Assembly (NCBI GenBank): GCA_034659915.1
Contig: JAYEID010000013.1
Coordinates: 74,917 to 138,916 of the forward strand
Source: Patescibacteria group bacterium
GTDB lineage: Bacteria; Patescibacteriota; WWE3; JAUXAW01; JAYEID01
Direction: 5' to 3'
Length of the DNA stretch: 64,000 nt
Part shown: in pieces, positions 1 through 8,001 of the stretch
Layout: every line of letters begins with the position of its first letter
How positions within the stretch are numbered: the stretch's first letter is position 1
The notes under the pieces: model-generated
Database searches by the model: none
The model's input: the letters and a program-made list of their open reading frames with translations, nothing else
Told to the model about the DNA's origin: nothing
Translations under genes and position numbers: made by a program

Positions 1-2
1 AT

Positions 3-116
3 TGGATAACAGCAGATGGAGATGCGGGGAAAGCTAAGATTACACGTGATCCGGAAAGGGATGATATCGGTGCTGATATTGATGAGAGTATGGTAGTGGA
101 GTTCTATTCCCGTTAA
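3..116 (+). CDS. rpsD: 30S ribosomal protein S4, C-terminal fragment (gene begins before window)
   Basis: Frame reads ...ITRDPERDDIGADIDESMVVEFYSR*, the typical S4 C-terminus, upstream of rpoA. Confidence 0.9.
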   Translation, partial: WITADGDAGKAKITRDPERDDIGADIDESMVVEFYSR

Positions 117-493
117 TGGCTGATGTTGTTGTATAATAATGTGTTTGGTGTGGTGTCGATGGTTGTTCGTTGAAAAATAGCGTTAAGTATAGTTAAGAAT
201 GGTTAAGTGTGGTAAAAAATTGTTGGGTCAAATGTAGCGATAATTGTTTTGTTAAGTTGGCGTTAAGAAGAGGTTAAGTGTTAGGGAATTAGATTTAACA
301 GCAGAGCTCTGACGATGCTACTTAACGCAGTTTCCGAACTGCTCTTAACACGAGGGTCGCTAGATCCGAGTACTTGGCGTGAGCGAAGCGAGCTTTTTAC
401 GATTGTAAGGAGGCTAATCAGGGCGGTTTTCGAGATATATGTATTTTTCAATTTTACTGTTTGTTTACACCTTTCGAAAGGGGGTTTAGTTAG

Positions 494-1447
494 ATGTTAG
501 ATCCAAAAAATGTTTCTCTTATAGTTGAAGACGAAGAGGAAAAGTCTGCCCGATTTGTTCTACGTCCATTACCTGCCGGTTTTGGTCGTACTATAGGTAA
601 CTCTCTCAGAAGAGTTCTCCTTTCTTCTATTGAAGGAGCGGCAGTAACTGAGGCACGTTTTTCTGGTGTTCCGCACCAGTTTACAACAATTGATGGGGTG
701 AAGGAAGATGTGGTGCAGCTTATCTTAAATTTGAAAAAATTGCGCCTTCGCATTGAAGGAGAAACTGCTGTTGCATTGAGCCTTTTAGCAAAGGGAACTG
801 GCGAGGTTACAGCTGGTGATTTAGAGGTACCTGCGGGCGTAGAAATAATTAATAAAGATTTGGTTTTGGCGACGCTTACTTCTAAAGATGCTAAATTGGA
901 AGCCGAACTATTAGCTGAGAAAGGTTACGGATTTGTACCTTCGGAGGAGGGGGAAAAGTCCCGTGTGGGTGCTGTTCTTTTGGATGCGGCTTTTTCACCG
1001 GTAAAAAGTGTTTCCTGCAAGGTGGAGAAGACGCGAGCAGGAGATCTTTCTAATTTGGATTCATTGGAGATGCAAGTAAAAACTGATGGAACTATTTCAC
1101 CCCGAGAAGCTTTCTTGGAAGCTTCTGAGTATTTAATGAAATACTTTTACCGACTTACTCAAGGTGAGCAGGAGGTGAAGTTGGAAGAAGAAAAGAAGAA
1201 ACCATTAATGACGCAAGAGGAGAAGCAACATCCTCTGGAGGATTTGGAATTACCAACTCGAGTAACAAACAGTTTGAAAGCTGGGGGTGTTACAACTTGC
1301 GGAGACTTAATGGAGATTATTTGGGAAGAGGGTTATGAGGCTTTGAAGGAGATACCAAAAGTAGGCGAGAAATCAGTGGAAGAGATAAAGAAAAGGGTTA
1401 GGGAACGAGGTTGGGTAAAAGATTTAGAGGAAGAGGAAGAAGAGTAG
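494..1447 (+). CDS. rpoA: RNA polymerase alpha subunit
   Basis: GFGRTIGNSLRRVLLSSIEG, GVKEDV, DAAFSPV, alpha-CTD LEDLELPTRVTNSL. Confidence 0.98.
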   Translation: MLDPKNVSLIVEDEEEKSARFVLRPLPAGFGRTIGNSLRRVLLSSIEGAAVTEARFSGVPHQFTTIDGVKEDVVQLILNLKKLRLRIEGETAVALSLLAKGTGEVTAGDLEVPAGVEIINKDLVLATLTSKDAKLEAELLAEKGYGFVPSEEGEKSRVGAVLLDAAFSPVKSVSCKVEKTRAGDLSNLDSLEMQVKTDGTISPREAFLEASEYLMKYFYRLTQGEQEVKLEEEKKKPLMTQEEKQHPLEDLELPTRVTNSLKAGGVTTCGDLMEIIWEEGYEALKEIPKVGEKSVEEIKKRVRERGWVKDLEEEEEE

Positions 1448-1507
1448 GAGTAAAAGGCAAGTAATTTATCTATTTAGTTTAATTCTGAAGCTGGCTTGGT
1501 TTTTGTT

Positions 1508-1870
1508 ATGAAGAAACAGTACAAACTTGGACGAAAAAAAGCACACCGCGAATCATTACTTTCTAATCTTGCGCGGGAATTAGTTGAACATGGGAGAGTG
1601 AAAACAACGTTGGCTAAAGCAAAGGCGTTACGACCTAAGGTTGAGCGAATGGTAACTAAGGCAAAACGAGGTAAGAATAGCGATTATCGTGAATTACTTA
1701 AATTTTTTCGTTCAAGAAAACATGTTGATAAGATGATTGAGGATATTGCTCCTCGGTTTTCAGAGCGAGGGGGAGGATATACCAGGATTTTGAAGTTAGG
1801 ACCGCGGGGAAGTGACAAGGCGGAAGCAGCTTTGATTGAGTTTGTGGAGCGCGGGGACCAAAACGAATAA
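1508..1870 (+). CDS. rplQ: 50S ribosomal protein L17
   Basis: KLGRKKAHR, VKTTLAKAK, GGYTRILK; ATG 1508 preferred over TTG 1496. Confidence 0.97.
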   Translation: MKKQYKLGRKKAHRESLLSNLARELVEHGRVKTTLAKAKALRPKVERMVTKAKRGKNSDYRELLKFFRSRKHVDKMIEDIAPRFSERGGGYTRILKLGPRGSDKAEAALIEFVERGDQNE

Positions 1871-1884
1871 AAGATTAATTTGTA

Positions 1885-2316
1885 ATGACGACTAAAACCT
1901 ACGTAACAAAGGAATCTGACATTGAGCGCGAGTGGCATCTTTTTGATGCTAAGGGGGAGGTTTTGGGGAGGTTATCATCACAAATAGCTCCCTTGCTCAT
2001 GGGTAAAAATAAACCAAAATATGCTCCTTATCTTGATTTAGGTGATTACGTAGTGGTTGTTAATGCCCAAGATTTGGAGATAAAAGGTAAGAAAGAAAAA
2101 AAGAAAGTTTATTATCGTCATTCGCAGTATCCTGGTCATTTGAAGCAAGAAACGTTAGGGGAGCTTATGGAGCGAGATCCAACTGAGGTTATTTACCGTG
2201 CTGTAAAAAGAATGCTTCCAGCCAACAAGTTGAGGGATAAAAGGATGAGCCGGTTAAAAGTTTATGCGGGCGCGGAACACCCGCATGAGGCCCAAATCCG
2301 AAGTCCGAAATCCTAA
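1885..2316 (+). CDS. rplM: 50S ribosomal protein L13
   Basis: WHLFDA, LGRLSS, GDYVVVVNA, YYRHSQYPG, HPHEAQ. Confidence 0.98.
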   Translation: MTTKTYVTKESDIEREWHLFDAKGEVLGRLSSQIAPLLMGKNKPKYAPYLDLGDYVVVVNAQDLEIKGKKEKKKVYYRHSQYPGHLKQETLGELMERDPTEVIYRAVKRMLPANKLRDKRMSRLKVYAGAEHPHEAQIRSPKS

Positions 2317-2473
2317 ATTCGAAACAAGCACGAATGTTCAAAATCCAATTGACACGAACACTAATCTTTTTGCGGATGTTTTGAAAATTTGGATTTATAT
2401 AATTTGAATTTGTCGCCTCTCCGGCGACCTGCCGAGGAGGTACGGTTTAGGATTTAGATATTAGGATTTAGGG
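2294..2473. repeat. Inverted pair of degenerate 7-nt tandem arrays
   Basis: aaatccg-aagtccg-aaatcct-aaattcg (2294-2321) facing tttagga-tttagat-attagga-tttaggg (2446-2473). Confidence 0.75.
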
Positions 2474-2487
2474 TTTTTCATTAAATT

Positions 2488-2895
2488 ATGTCTAATAAGA
2501 GCAATAACCAACAATTTTATAGGGGTGTAGGTAGAAGGAAAACTTCTACAGCAGTGGTTCGCCTTTTTGACAAAAAGGGAGAAATCTTGGTTAACGGTAT
2601 GCCTATTTCCGATTATTTTTCGGGAGAAAAGGCTAGAAAGAAGTATATGATGCCTTTTGATGCATGTGGAATGACCAATAAGTTTAGCGGTGATATTAGG
2701 GTAAGCGGTGGCGGAACTACAGGACAATTAGATGCGACTGTTCTTGGTATTTCCAGAGCACTTCTAGAATACGATGAAGAGCTCAAGGCTGCTCTCAAGA
2801 AGTATGACCTTCTAACTCGTGATCCGCGAATGAAGGAGAGGAAAAAAGTTTATCATCGGGGTGCACGGCGCAAGCCCCAATTCTCCAAGCGGTAA
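2488..2895 (+). CDS. rpsI: 30S ribosomal protein S9
   Basis: GRRKTSTA, GGGTTGQ, LLTRDPRMKERKK, PQFSKR. Confidence 0.98.
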   Translation: MSNKSNNQQFYRGVGRRKTSTAVVRLFDKKGEILVNGMPISDYFSGEKARKKYMMPFDACGMTNKFSGDIRVSGGGTTGQLDATVLGISRALLEYDEELKAALKKYDLLTRDPRMKERKKVYHRGARRKPQFSKR

Positions 2896-3227
2896 CCAAC
2901 GCTAATTTACGCGAACAAAAGAACACGAATCTACGTGAAATGAAGGACGAGGTTTTTGTCACTGATTAAAAATGTTATTCTTGCGTATTCTTTTCTGTGT
3001 TGGAGGCTTTCGGTTAAGTGCCGAAAGCTGATTTTGGTTGACTTTCACCCCTTTTTATGCTATAAGTTATGTAGTTTCAGACTGCGCCTCTCTTCGAAAT
3101 CCTACTGCAGTTTGACATAAGTTCGGCCCCCATTCAGCGGTCCGGACAGTTTTTTGTTTTAATCGTGAGATAGGGAAACTGTAAGAAGTTCAAGTCTGAG
3201 TATTCATAGTAACAAAGGAGGTTGGAA

Positions 3228-3812
3228 ATGTCGGAAAAGGAAAAAGTTGATGGGTACGAGTACAAACTAGCCCTGGTTTTGGGCCTTGGCGTCTTGATCC
3301 TGCTTCTTGTTGTGGGATCTTCTATGGCACGAGGTTTCCATAATTCGGTTGCGGCGGAACGCTTGAAGGCGGAAGCAGAACGTCTTGAGGCCGAAGCTGC
3401 TAGATGGAAGGGGCGGGCCGAATCTTACAAGGCAGAAGCTTCCTTCTGGGAAGGACGTGCTACTGCTTACAAGAACGAGGCTGAAAAGTGGCGCGGCGTA
3501 GCGGTCTCACTGCAAGCACTAACTGAGCCATTGGGTGCGGCAGTAGCGGTGATTCTTTCCGTTGCTGTTCTAGTTTTTGCTGTCGGTGGCGCAGTTGCTC
3601 TTGTCCGTATTGGCTGGGGGTTCGGTCGCGGTGGCGAAGCACAAATGAAGGCTCGGGCAGGTGCTTTTAGTTCTTCTGGCCAGCACACGACTTGGGATGT
3701 TCTCCCGAGGAAGGCTGAGACTAAGCAGGAGTATGTTGCCCCGCCCGGATCCGCTGTTGCGAAGCGGCTTCGGGAGTTGGGTGTAGATGTTCGGGAGGCT
3801 GGCCATGCCTAG
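3228..3812 (+). CDS. Hypothetical membrane protein, TM-coiled coil-TM
   Basis: SD AAGGAGG; two hydrophobic segments flanking a 14-aa-period repeat (RAESYKAEASFWEG/RATAYKNEAEKWRG). Confidence 0.75.
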   Translation: MSEKEKVDGYEYKLALVLGLGVLILLLVVGSSMARGFHNSVAAERLKAEAERLEAEAARWKGRAESYKAEASFWEGRATAYKNEAEKWRGVAVSLQALTEPLGAAVAVILSVAVLVFAVGGAVALVRIGWGFGRGGEAQMKARAGAFSSSGQHTTWDVLPRKAETKQEYVAPPGSAVAKRLRELGVDVREAGHA

Positions 3813-4587
3813 AGATTTGGCGAATCCCGCAGTCAGGATGGCAGCAGTTCTGACTTTTTGTGCTCTTTTTACAATTGGTTTGGCTGTAGCTGCGCTCGGC
3901 CATGCCCGTACGGTTGTGGCGAGTGCGGACGTTTCGGTTCGGGAGGTGTCGGAAGCAAGAGCTACGCCGCCGGGAGCGGTGGAAAAGGAGAATACGAAGG
4001 AGGGCGAACCGGAAACAGAGCCAGAACCGGGGCCGGAGGCAATACTAAAACCGGAATCGAACCCGGAGGCGGAGGTTGCCAAAGAAGGTCTTTCTCGCGT
4101 GTGGCCGCAAGAGATACTTGCTTTGGAAGGTCTGGTTGTTGAAGCTGCAAATATGTTCGGGCACGATCCAAACCTTGTGGCAGCTCTTATAAAGACAGAG
4201 AGCTGGTTCTCACAAAAACGGTGCCCGAAGAATAGACCTGACCTTTGGGGTGAGCCCGGGACCAGGCGTTACAACGAATGCAAGACGGCTTGGCAGCTTT
4301 GTCCCGAGGGTCCTGCTACCTCGTCTTGTACATCTGTAGCAGGGGCAAAAGGTCCGGCCCAGGTCATGCCTTATCATTTTTTCCCTGGGGAAGATGGGCG
4401 TGACCTTAGCACAAATATCTATCGCGGAGCGGAAATTCTCCGTGATTATACGGACAGGAAGGGGGGCAATATCCGAACGGGTCTTGCCGCCTATTACTGT
4501 GGTCCTAACAAGACCACTTACCCTGCGCACTGCTGGTCGTACGTGGAGAAAGTTATGGGAAATTACGGTGATGCGATTCAGCAGTAA
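3805..4587 (+). CDS. Lytic transglycosylase (SLT domain) with N-terminal anchor
   Basis: AALIKTES (catalytic E), GAKGPAQVMP, NIYRGAEIL, GLAAYYCGP; SD GGGAGG. Confidence 0.88.
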   Translation: MPRDLANPAVRMAAVLTFCALFTIGLAVAALGHARTVVASADVSVREVSEARATPPGAVEKENTKEGEPETEPEPGPEAILKPESNPEAEVAKEGLSRVWPQEILALEGLVVEAANMFGHDPNLVAALIKTESWFSQKRCPKNRPDLWGEPGTRRYNECKTAWQLCPEGPATSSCTSVAGAKGPAQVMPYHFFPGEDGRDLSTNIYRGAEILRDYTDRKGGNIRTGLAAYYCGPNKTTYPAHCWSYVEKVMGNYGDAIQQ

Positions 4588-4613
4588 CACGTTTTTTGTT
4601 TTTGGTACCTTTG

Positions 4614-4670
4614 GGAGGCGAGTGGTTGGTTGGTTCCTAAACCAACACTCGTCTCCTTGTTCTTTTTTTG
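4614..4670 (+). terminator. Intrinsic terminator after SLT operon
   Basis: GGAGGCGAGT-GGTTGGTT...AACCAAC-ACTCGTCTCC stem followed by T-rich run. Confidence 0.7.
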
Positions 4671-4754
4671 CTATTAGTGTTAAATTAAAAGTAATTAAGG
4701 CAGATTTTTGGGATATCTTTTATTTTAAAGACCTGCTTTTAATTACACAGGAGA

Positions 4755-5291
4755 GTGAAGGGAGAAGGAAAAAAAAGCACTAAAAATACCAGAATGTCCA
4801 TCAATTTTCTAGGATCTAAAGCTAAGGAGGCAATGACAGTGGAAAGAGATGTACCCAGAGTTGTAGATGAAATTTTTTGGGAGCTTTTCAAGTACCATCA
4901 GGAGAATGGTGCTAGAGGTTTTATGCCCCCTCCTCCTGAGGAGGCGGAGGAAATCTTGGCAACGGAAATACTTCCACAATTCCCACCAGCAATCCAGGAA
5001 GAGCTCTTGGGGGGTTGTGTTTGTACTCTACCGCCAGATGGGTGTTCCGAAGAGGAGCGTGCGGCCTACCGCACGCTAGGGAGAACAGCTATCTACTATA
5101 CGCTACTTGGGTACCCACCGGTTAATATGTCATTACCGCTGGAAGAAACCTTGTCGTTGTCTCAAGCACCGGGGTGGATGCGCGAAAGGAAACTACCCCC
5201 TGGTTTTGACGGGATGAACTTTGAAGAGCGTTGTTTTATGTTCGGGTTTCTGCAAAATGGCGACCAAGAACAAGACAAAGGAGAGATGTAA
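4755..5291 (+). CDS. Hypothetical protein
   Basis: 178-aa ORF with SD AGGAG; no recognised motif. Confidence 0.65.
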   Translation: MKGEGKKSTKNTRMSINFLGSKAKEAMTVERDVPRVVDEIFWELFKYHQENGARGFMPPPPEEAEEILATEILPQFPPAIQEELLGGCVCTLPPDGCSEEERAAYRTLGRTAIYYTLLGYPPVNMSLPLEETLSLSQAPGWMRERKLPPGFDGMNFEERCFMFGFLQNGDQEQDKGEM

Positions 5292-5587
5292 TGTGTTCTG
5301 GAGATGAGCTAGTGTGGAGGCTTTTCGAAGTTTCTGATGGCTTGGCGCTACCTTCCGAAGATGGGGAGCTGAAAAGACTAGCGGAGATTGTTGTTTGCGG
5401 GCTTCCGGAGGATGAAATACCGGATGCTTTGGACTATCTCTGGAACACTTTTGGAATCGAGTTAAATTTGGACGATCTTTTTGCATGTCCACCCGATCCG
5501 GAAGAGGTGGAATGGTTGATGGACACAGGAATAAGGTATTCCGAGCCTGTGGAGAGTTTGAAAGTAATTTCAGGCCACGTCCCTTGA
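5291..5587 (+). CDS. Hypothetical acidic protein
   Basis: ATG overlaps previous stop (TAATG), SD GGAG. Confidence 0.6.
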   Translation: MCSGDELVWRLFEVSDGLALPSEDGELKRLAEIVVCGLPEDEIPDALDYLWNTFGIELNLDDLFACPPDPEEVEWLMDTGIRYSEPVESLKVISGHVP

Positions 5588-5801
5588 ACGTAGTCGTACC
5601 TGCTTAGGATGCTAGGGAGATTTCAGGGCAGTTCTCGCGAATGGGTTCGAGAACTTTTGGAACTAGTTCCGAGAACTGCCACTATAAGTATTTTGGAGTT
5701 AGGAGGATAGTTGTAAGAATGGTTGGTTTCGGAAGGGTGTTGGCTCTCACGAACGCAAGGGAGGTACGTCCAATGACGTGCGCCGAGAGAGCTTCTGTTC
5801 G

Positions 5802-5879
5802 AGGACGAGTTGTGAAACCTAGGTGTTTATGATCTTTATAGATACCAGCTAGATAGGTTTCCGCTCGTCCTTTCTTTTT
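5802..5879 (+). ncRNA. Structured RNA/terminator motif, copy A
   Basis: Three-stem hairpin plus U-tract; covaries with copy at 6338-6415. Confidence 0.55.
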
Positions 5880-6058
5880 GTACTTAACCATTTTTGGTGT
5901 GGTTTAAGCCACTTTTGCGTAATATTCATTTCTTGTTCTTTGCGCTTTCTCAATATTATGCTAAAAATGATTGAAGCAGTTTTTTATAAATCCGGGGGGC
6001 TGCGTACTGCAAAAGAGGGGTGTATTTGGAGTGGGGCATATAGTGAAAGGAGAAGGGT

Positions 6059-6259
6059 GTGCCTAACACGGGATCCATATTGGTAGCGCTGGGGTTGATG
6101 GAAGAGCCTGAAAGGTCAAAGCGCAAGGCGTTGTGTGTCCGCTGCCGGGGCGCAGAGGCTGCGGAAAATAGCAAGTATTGTTCTAACTGTATTAAGGCTA
6201 TAGAGCATAACAAACAGCGATTGCGGGAGGATCGCGATACCGACGAAAAATGCTCGTGA
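6059..6259 (+). CDS. Small putative zinc-ribbon protein
   Basis: CVRC...CSNC; SD AAGGAG. Confidence 0.55.
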   Translation: MPNTGSILVALGLMEEPERSKRKALCVRCRGAEAAENSKYCSNCIKAIEHNKQRLREDRDTDEKCS

Positions 6260-6337
6260 AATGCGAGAGATCTTTTTGGGAGCTGTCTAGTCCAGGGGAT
6301 TAGGTATTGGGGAAACAAAGTATCTATATCCTTTTCG

Positions 6338-6415
6338 AAGGGTGAGTTCGTGAAGTCTAAGGTGTTTGTTTATAAACACTTGCTGCTAGACTTCAGGCCT
6401 TACCCTTTCTTTTTT
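6338..6415 (+). ncRNA. Structured RNA/terminator motif, copy B
   Basis: Same three-stem layout as 5802-5879 with compensatory changes. Confidence 0.55.
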
Positions 6416-6453
6416 ATTTGCAGATACGATCTTTTGGGGATATAATAAGGTTG

Positions 6454-6530
6454 CGGGGCGTGGCGCAGATGGCTAGCGCGTACGCATGGGGTGCGTAAGG
6501 TCGCCGGTTCAAGTCCGGCCGCCCCGACCA
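6454..6530 (+). tRNA. tRNA-Pro(GGG)
   Basis: CGGGGCG acceptor, TACGC-AT-GGG-GT-GCGTA anticodon arm, GGTTCAAGTCC, encoded CCA; TATAAT upstream. Confidence 0.96.
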
Positions 6531-6558
6531 CTTTTAATCTCCACCAAATATTCTATTT

Positions 6559-7902
6559 TTAAGAAACCAGCTCGCGCAGTTCCCGGTAAAACCTTTGGAG
6601 ATACTTTTCAGCCTCTTGCCAATGTTTTTCTCTTTCCGTGCTCGAAATTCCTTCTTTTTCAGCCAAATCATGTTCAAAAGTTGCCATTGCTTTCCAATGT
6701 GCAGCTTCCCTTAGTTGGAGTTCCGATTGTTGGTAGAGCTCACCATAAAGTGCACTAAAAGCCTTTTCTAGTTCTAGTTTATTAATACAACCCTCTAGTT
6801 TATCGTGAACTTGCCACCAGGTAATCTCCAGCTCAGCAGCTTTCTGTGGGTCAAAATCTGCTTCCATATTTTCCAGTGCAATTGAGTAGAAGCTTTCCAT
6901 TGCATTTACAGCTAATTCCCAATTCCGTTGGTTGTGTCCTTCCATGACAGCTCTGAACATTGCTTTTGTCATGTTGGTAGCGTTTTCGTTCCCAACATTA
7001 TAAAGTTCTTTAATCCAGTTGATGAAAATTCTCTGCATTTTTTCTATATTATCTTTGTTGTGTGCCTTCCACCAGCTAATTTCCAGCTCGGCAACCTTTT
7101 CGGGCTTAAAGTTTACGTTGGGAACGGATTGGTCTGCCCCGCCAAAACGGCGCCGTCTTCGGCTAAAGTCCAGGACTGCGTTTTTTAATTTTTCCGGTGA
7201 GAAGTCTGGGAAATGATCTCGTTCCCAGTAGATCTCGCTGTAAGCAGCTTGCCAAGATAGAAAACCGCTTAAGCGTTGTTCCCCCGAAGTTCTAATTACC
7301 AAATCAGGATAAGGGTGGGGTTGATCTTGCATATCGAGATAATTTTTGAAACGGTAATAAGGATATTTCCCAGCGTATTTTCCAACATTTTCTTTAATAT
7401 CTTTTGGATCAATTTTCCGTGTTTCTATATCTTTAATTATTTTTTCAACGCTGCGCAGTATTTCATCATGCCCCCCGTAATCCAATCCAATATTTAGAAC
7501 AAAACTTTTGTTGTTTTTTGTTTCTTCTACTGCGTTTTCAATTTTTTTCCTTAGCTGGCTTGGAATTCTATCTTTGCGCCCTAAGTGGTAGATACGCACG
7601 TTATCCTTTTTTGCGTCAGCAAGGTTGTCATCGATGAACTTTTCATATAGTTTCATTAGATAATTTATTTCTTTTTTGGATCTGTTCCAGTTTTCAGTGG
7701 AAAATGCCCAAACTGTGGTAGTGTGGATGTCCCAGTCGCGAATAGTTTGGAAAAGCTTGGGCGCAAGATCAAAACCCCTCCGGTGCCCTTCTAGTGTAGG
7801 CAACCCCCGTGCCCGTGCCCATCTCCTGTTTCCATCCGGAATTATTGCAATATGGCTAGGGAGCTCTGTGTTTGGGGGAAGCTCAATATCAGTTTTTGGT
7901 AT
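6559..7902 (-). CDS. uppS: Undecaprenyl diphosphate synthase fused to an unknown C-terminal helical domain; start probably ATA at 7902
   Basis: HIAIIPDGNRRWA (upstream of track start), AFSTENWNR, YGGHDEI, PDLVIRTSGEQRLSGFL, RRRRFGG. Confidence 0.9.
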   Translation of the reverse strand: MPKTDIELPPNTELPSHIAIIPDGNRRWARARGLPTLEGHRRGFDLAPKLFQTIRDWDIHTTTVWAFSTENWNRSKKEINYLMKLYEKFIDDNLADAKKDNVRIYHLGRKDRIPSQLRKKIENAVEETKNNKSFVLNIGLDYGGHDEILRSVEKIIKDIETRKIDPKDIKENVGKYAGKYPYYRFKNYLDMQDQPHPYPDLVIRTSGEQRLSGFLSWQAAYSEIYWERDHFPDFSPEKLKNAVLDFSRRRRRFGGADQSVPNVNFKPEKVAELEISWWKAHNKDNIEKMQRIFINWIKELYNVGNENATNMTKAMFRAVMEGHNQRNWELAVNAMESFYSIALENMEADFDPQKAAELEITWWQVHDKLEGCINKLELEKAFSALYGELYQQSELQLREAAHWKAMATFEHDLAEKEGISSTEREKHWQEAEKYLQRFYRELRELVS

Positions 7903-8001
7903 AGTATCTTACATTGTAGTCTCAGGCGTTGTTTTTTTCAAGTTAACGGGGTTTGTGTCTCGGGTCTTTTAGTATAAAGTGTTTTATGTTATCTTTAGCC
8001 T

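Noticed and set aside
4614-6415. Integron attC cassette array
   Set aside because: Hairpins lack clear RYYYAAC/GTTRRRY boxes, end in T-runs, and no IntI is present
2896-6530. Prophage or integrative element at tRNA-Pro
   Set aside because: No integrase or phage structural genes; only a 9-bp gttcaagtc match near 3188, too short for an att site
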